Of a stretch of 64,000 nt of DNA, positions 61,829 through 64,000 are shown in pieces. Below the pieces are notes generated by a model that saw only the letters and a list, made by a program, of their open reading frames with translations, made no database searches and had not been told where the DNA came from. Source of the DNA: Octopus bimaculoides (lineage: Eukaryota); the NCBI RefSeq assembly GCF_001194135.2, contig NC_068986.1, positions 500,553 through 564,552 on the forward strand, in the 5' to 3' direction. The position numbers and the translations under genes are program-made. Numbering within the stretch: the first letter of the stretch is position 1; the number at the start of each line of letters is the position of its first letter.

Positions 61829-62124
61829 CGCTGTATTTACTTGATAGCAAGTCCGGGCAATAAGTAAATTTATGATAAGAGCATCGGCAATGTAAATGTA
61901 TTTCTGAAGTTGTCCATTATTCAGTAAACGATGCTGATTGACAGTCATCAACCATTAAAAACAACGGCTTCAAACAGAAATAGATATTTTTATTAATCGA
62001 GATTTAATCGAAGAAGAAATTTATTTTAGAAATGGAGAAAATTGAATTAAATTAATGGAAGTCTAATTTTTATTGATTAACGATATTGTTGAGGCTATTA
62101 TGATAGAGATATACAGGAGATATA

Positions 62125-62928
62125 CAGGAGTATTCAAAAAGAATGAATCGATTTCATTACACAATATTTTAATAAGGAAAAGCAATAGAAAACTCCAGCT
62201 AAGTCCCAAGTATTTACTCACAATTAACTTTTATTTCCTGTCTTACAAGTGTTCAATGTGGCCACCACCTGCAGCACAGGCAACATCAATGCAATGAGAG
62301 AATTCCTCCCAGACATGTTTCAGCATATCACGATCCACTGAGTTGAAAAAGGTTCCCCTAAGCATGAAAGAGATTCCCCTAAGGTGAACATCTTCTGTGC
62401 TGTATCTCAGGACAAGGTTTATTGTCCCTTTTTCTTTGAAGGAAACACCGTTACAGGACACCTGTCTCGATATGCACCAAAACTCACTCTTCACTTCACT
62501 GCAGGCAGATTCGAACGACTTCATTTTTCAACAAGATGGAGCACTGCTCCATTGGCAACTGAAGGTTCGAGCTTTTTTAAATGAAAAAGTGCCCCCAGCA
62601 ATGGATTGGTCGGAAAGGGAGCCAAGACCTTGCTCTTTGTGCTTGGCCTGCGAGATCTCCAGACCTCACTGTGTGCGATTTTTTTTTTCTTGTGGGGATA
62701 TGTAAAAGATTGCATTTATATTCCACCGCTACCCACTAACCTCGATGATCTTAAACATCGAATAACAACAGCGATCAACTCAGTGGATCGGGATATACGG
62801 GTACGTGTCTGGAAAGAATTCTCTTCTCGCATTGTTGTTGCCCGTGCTGCAGGCGGTAGCCATATTGAACACTTGTAAGACAGGAAATAAAAGTTGATTG
62901 TGAGTAAATACTTGTGACTCAGCTGGAG
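62125..62928. mobile_element. Rearranged rosa/DD41D-related Tc1/mariner relic with a duplicated, inverted 3' end
   Basis: TA|CAGGAGTATTCAAAAAG terminus; SPKVNIFCAVS; FQQDGA..H; WIGR; WPARSPDLTVCDF; inverted arms at 62193-62347 and 62776-62928. Confidence 0.85.
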
Positions 62929-62934
62929 TCACAA

Positions 62935-63030
62935 GTTATTGTAGAAGACATTTGCCCAAGGTACCATGCAAATGAACTAGACCTGGAACCATGTGGATGA
63001 GAAACAAACTTCTTACCACACAGCCACGAG
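62935..63030 (-). mobile_element. SINE family B head
   Basis: GTAGAAGACATTTGCCCAAGGTACC...GGAACCATGTGG...CTTCTTACCACACAGCCAC. Confidence 0.85.
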
Positions 63031-63238
63031 TACATGTGTGTGTGTGTGTGTATGTGTCTGTTTATGTCTGTGTGTGTCTGTGTATGTGTGTGGCATGTAT
63101 ATAACCGTAGAAATAGATAGACAGACAGACAGGCAAACAGATAGATACATACATACATACATACATACATCATACACACATACCAAAAGACGTTGCAGTC
63201 AAGCAAATTATCTCTCCTAGAAATACAGAAAAGTTCGT

Positions 63239-63318
63239 GTACTAATAAGTATACTAATAAGTACTAATAAGTATACTAATAAGTACTAATAAGTATACTA
63301 ATAAGTACTAATAAGTAT
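63239..63318. repeat. 22-bp higher-order repeat (TACTAATAAG + TATACTAATAAG)
   Basis: Alternating 10- and 12-nt units. Confidence 0.9.
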
Positions 63319-63439
63319 ACATACTTATTAACATAAATACATGCATATACATACACAAATATCTTTCCAAATGTTTAATTGGAAGATCATTTTTCTTATA
63401 CAAGCTTTATGATCGACTCTTACCAAATAATGTTCCACC

Positions 63440-63720
63440 AGGAATGTTATGCTGTGAAATGATATTCGAATATGAATTCAAGTAAAAATTTTATAAATCA
63501 TTCTTCATGGAATTCCACGGCGTCAACAAGCTACACTCCAAAATTGAAAGACAGTAACGTTGACTACAGCATCAAATGTAGGGTGCTTGATAAATCAGTC
63601 ATCTATGCAAACGTATCGAAGAAATGCAGTCCGTGTACAGCAGAAAGAACTCAATCCTGCTCAAAGAACTCCGATAACTTTCTAAATCCCTCAAACAAAT
63701 TTATTTTCAAAAAAGAGAAA
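63440..63720 (+). mobile_element. Penelope-like GIY-YIG C-terminal remnant
   Basis: NSTASTSYTPKLKDSNVDYSIKCRVLDKSVIYANVSKKCSPCTAE; same family type as 4379-4753. Confidence 0.75.
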
Positions 63721-64000
63721 AATATACTATGAATTCACAAATGATATAAAAATATTTTACTATTCAAAGGTTTTATGGGAAACTATTTTGTTTTTGTAAT
63801 GGACGGATAAAATTGAACAATATCAAATTGGATGTATTTTCAATTATTTTCACAACCTCTATTACTGAACCATTTGATAAAAGAGATGCTGCAGTTTAGA
63901 AACAATAACCATGTAGCTTGTTTGATGAATTAAAATTAATAATATATCTAGAATATGATTACTTCCTTTAGCTAATTCACTTTTCTTTAATTAACTTGCA

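Overview
AT-rich, repeat-dominated animal genomic DNA from a draft assembly with nine N-gaps, most of them abutting microsatellites. The SINE families and repeat landscape look like an Octopus/cephalopod genome; this is inferred from recognition, not from a database search. Only one host-gene segment is supported: a + strand exon at 29439-29701 with a splice acceptor, an upstream in-frame stop, ATG at 29477 and a phase-0 GT donor. It encodes a 75-aa basic, Ser/Thr-rich N-terminus that I cannot assign, so most of the window is probably intronic. The rest is decayed mobile DNA: dozens of tRNA-derived SINEs of about four families, about ten Penelope-like (PLE) RT/GIY-YIG remnants, LINE fragments (R4/Dong-, RTE-, Tx1-, CRE- and CR1/L2-like) and Tc1/mariner relics (mariner DD34D-type, maT DD37D, a rosa-related element with about D46D spacing, and an IS630-like element with long sub-repeated TIRs). 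The most striking unannotated signal is about nine minimal type I hammerhead-ribozyme-like motifs (CUGANGA...GAAA plus a palindromic helix III) from several distinct families. Two sit in foldback structures, and one is on the sense strand about 230 nt upstream of the host exon's splice acceptor. No CRISPR array, rRNA or true tRNA gene was found. TE boundaries are approximate and were read by eye.
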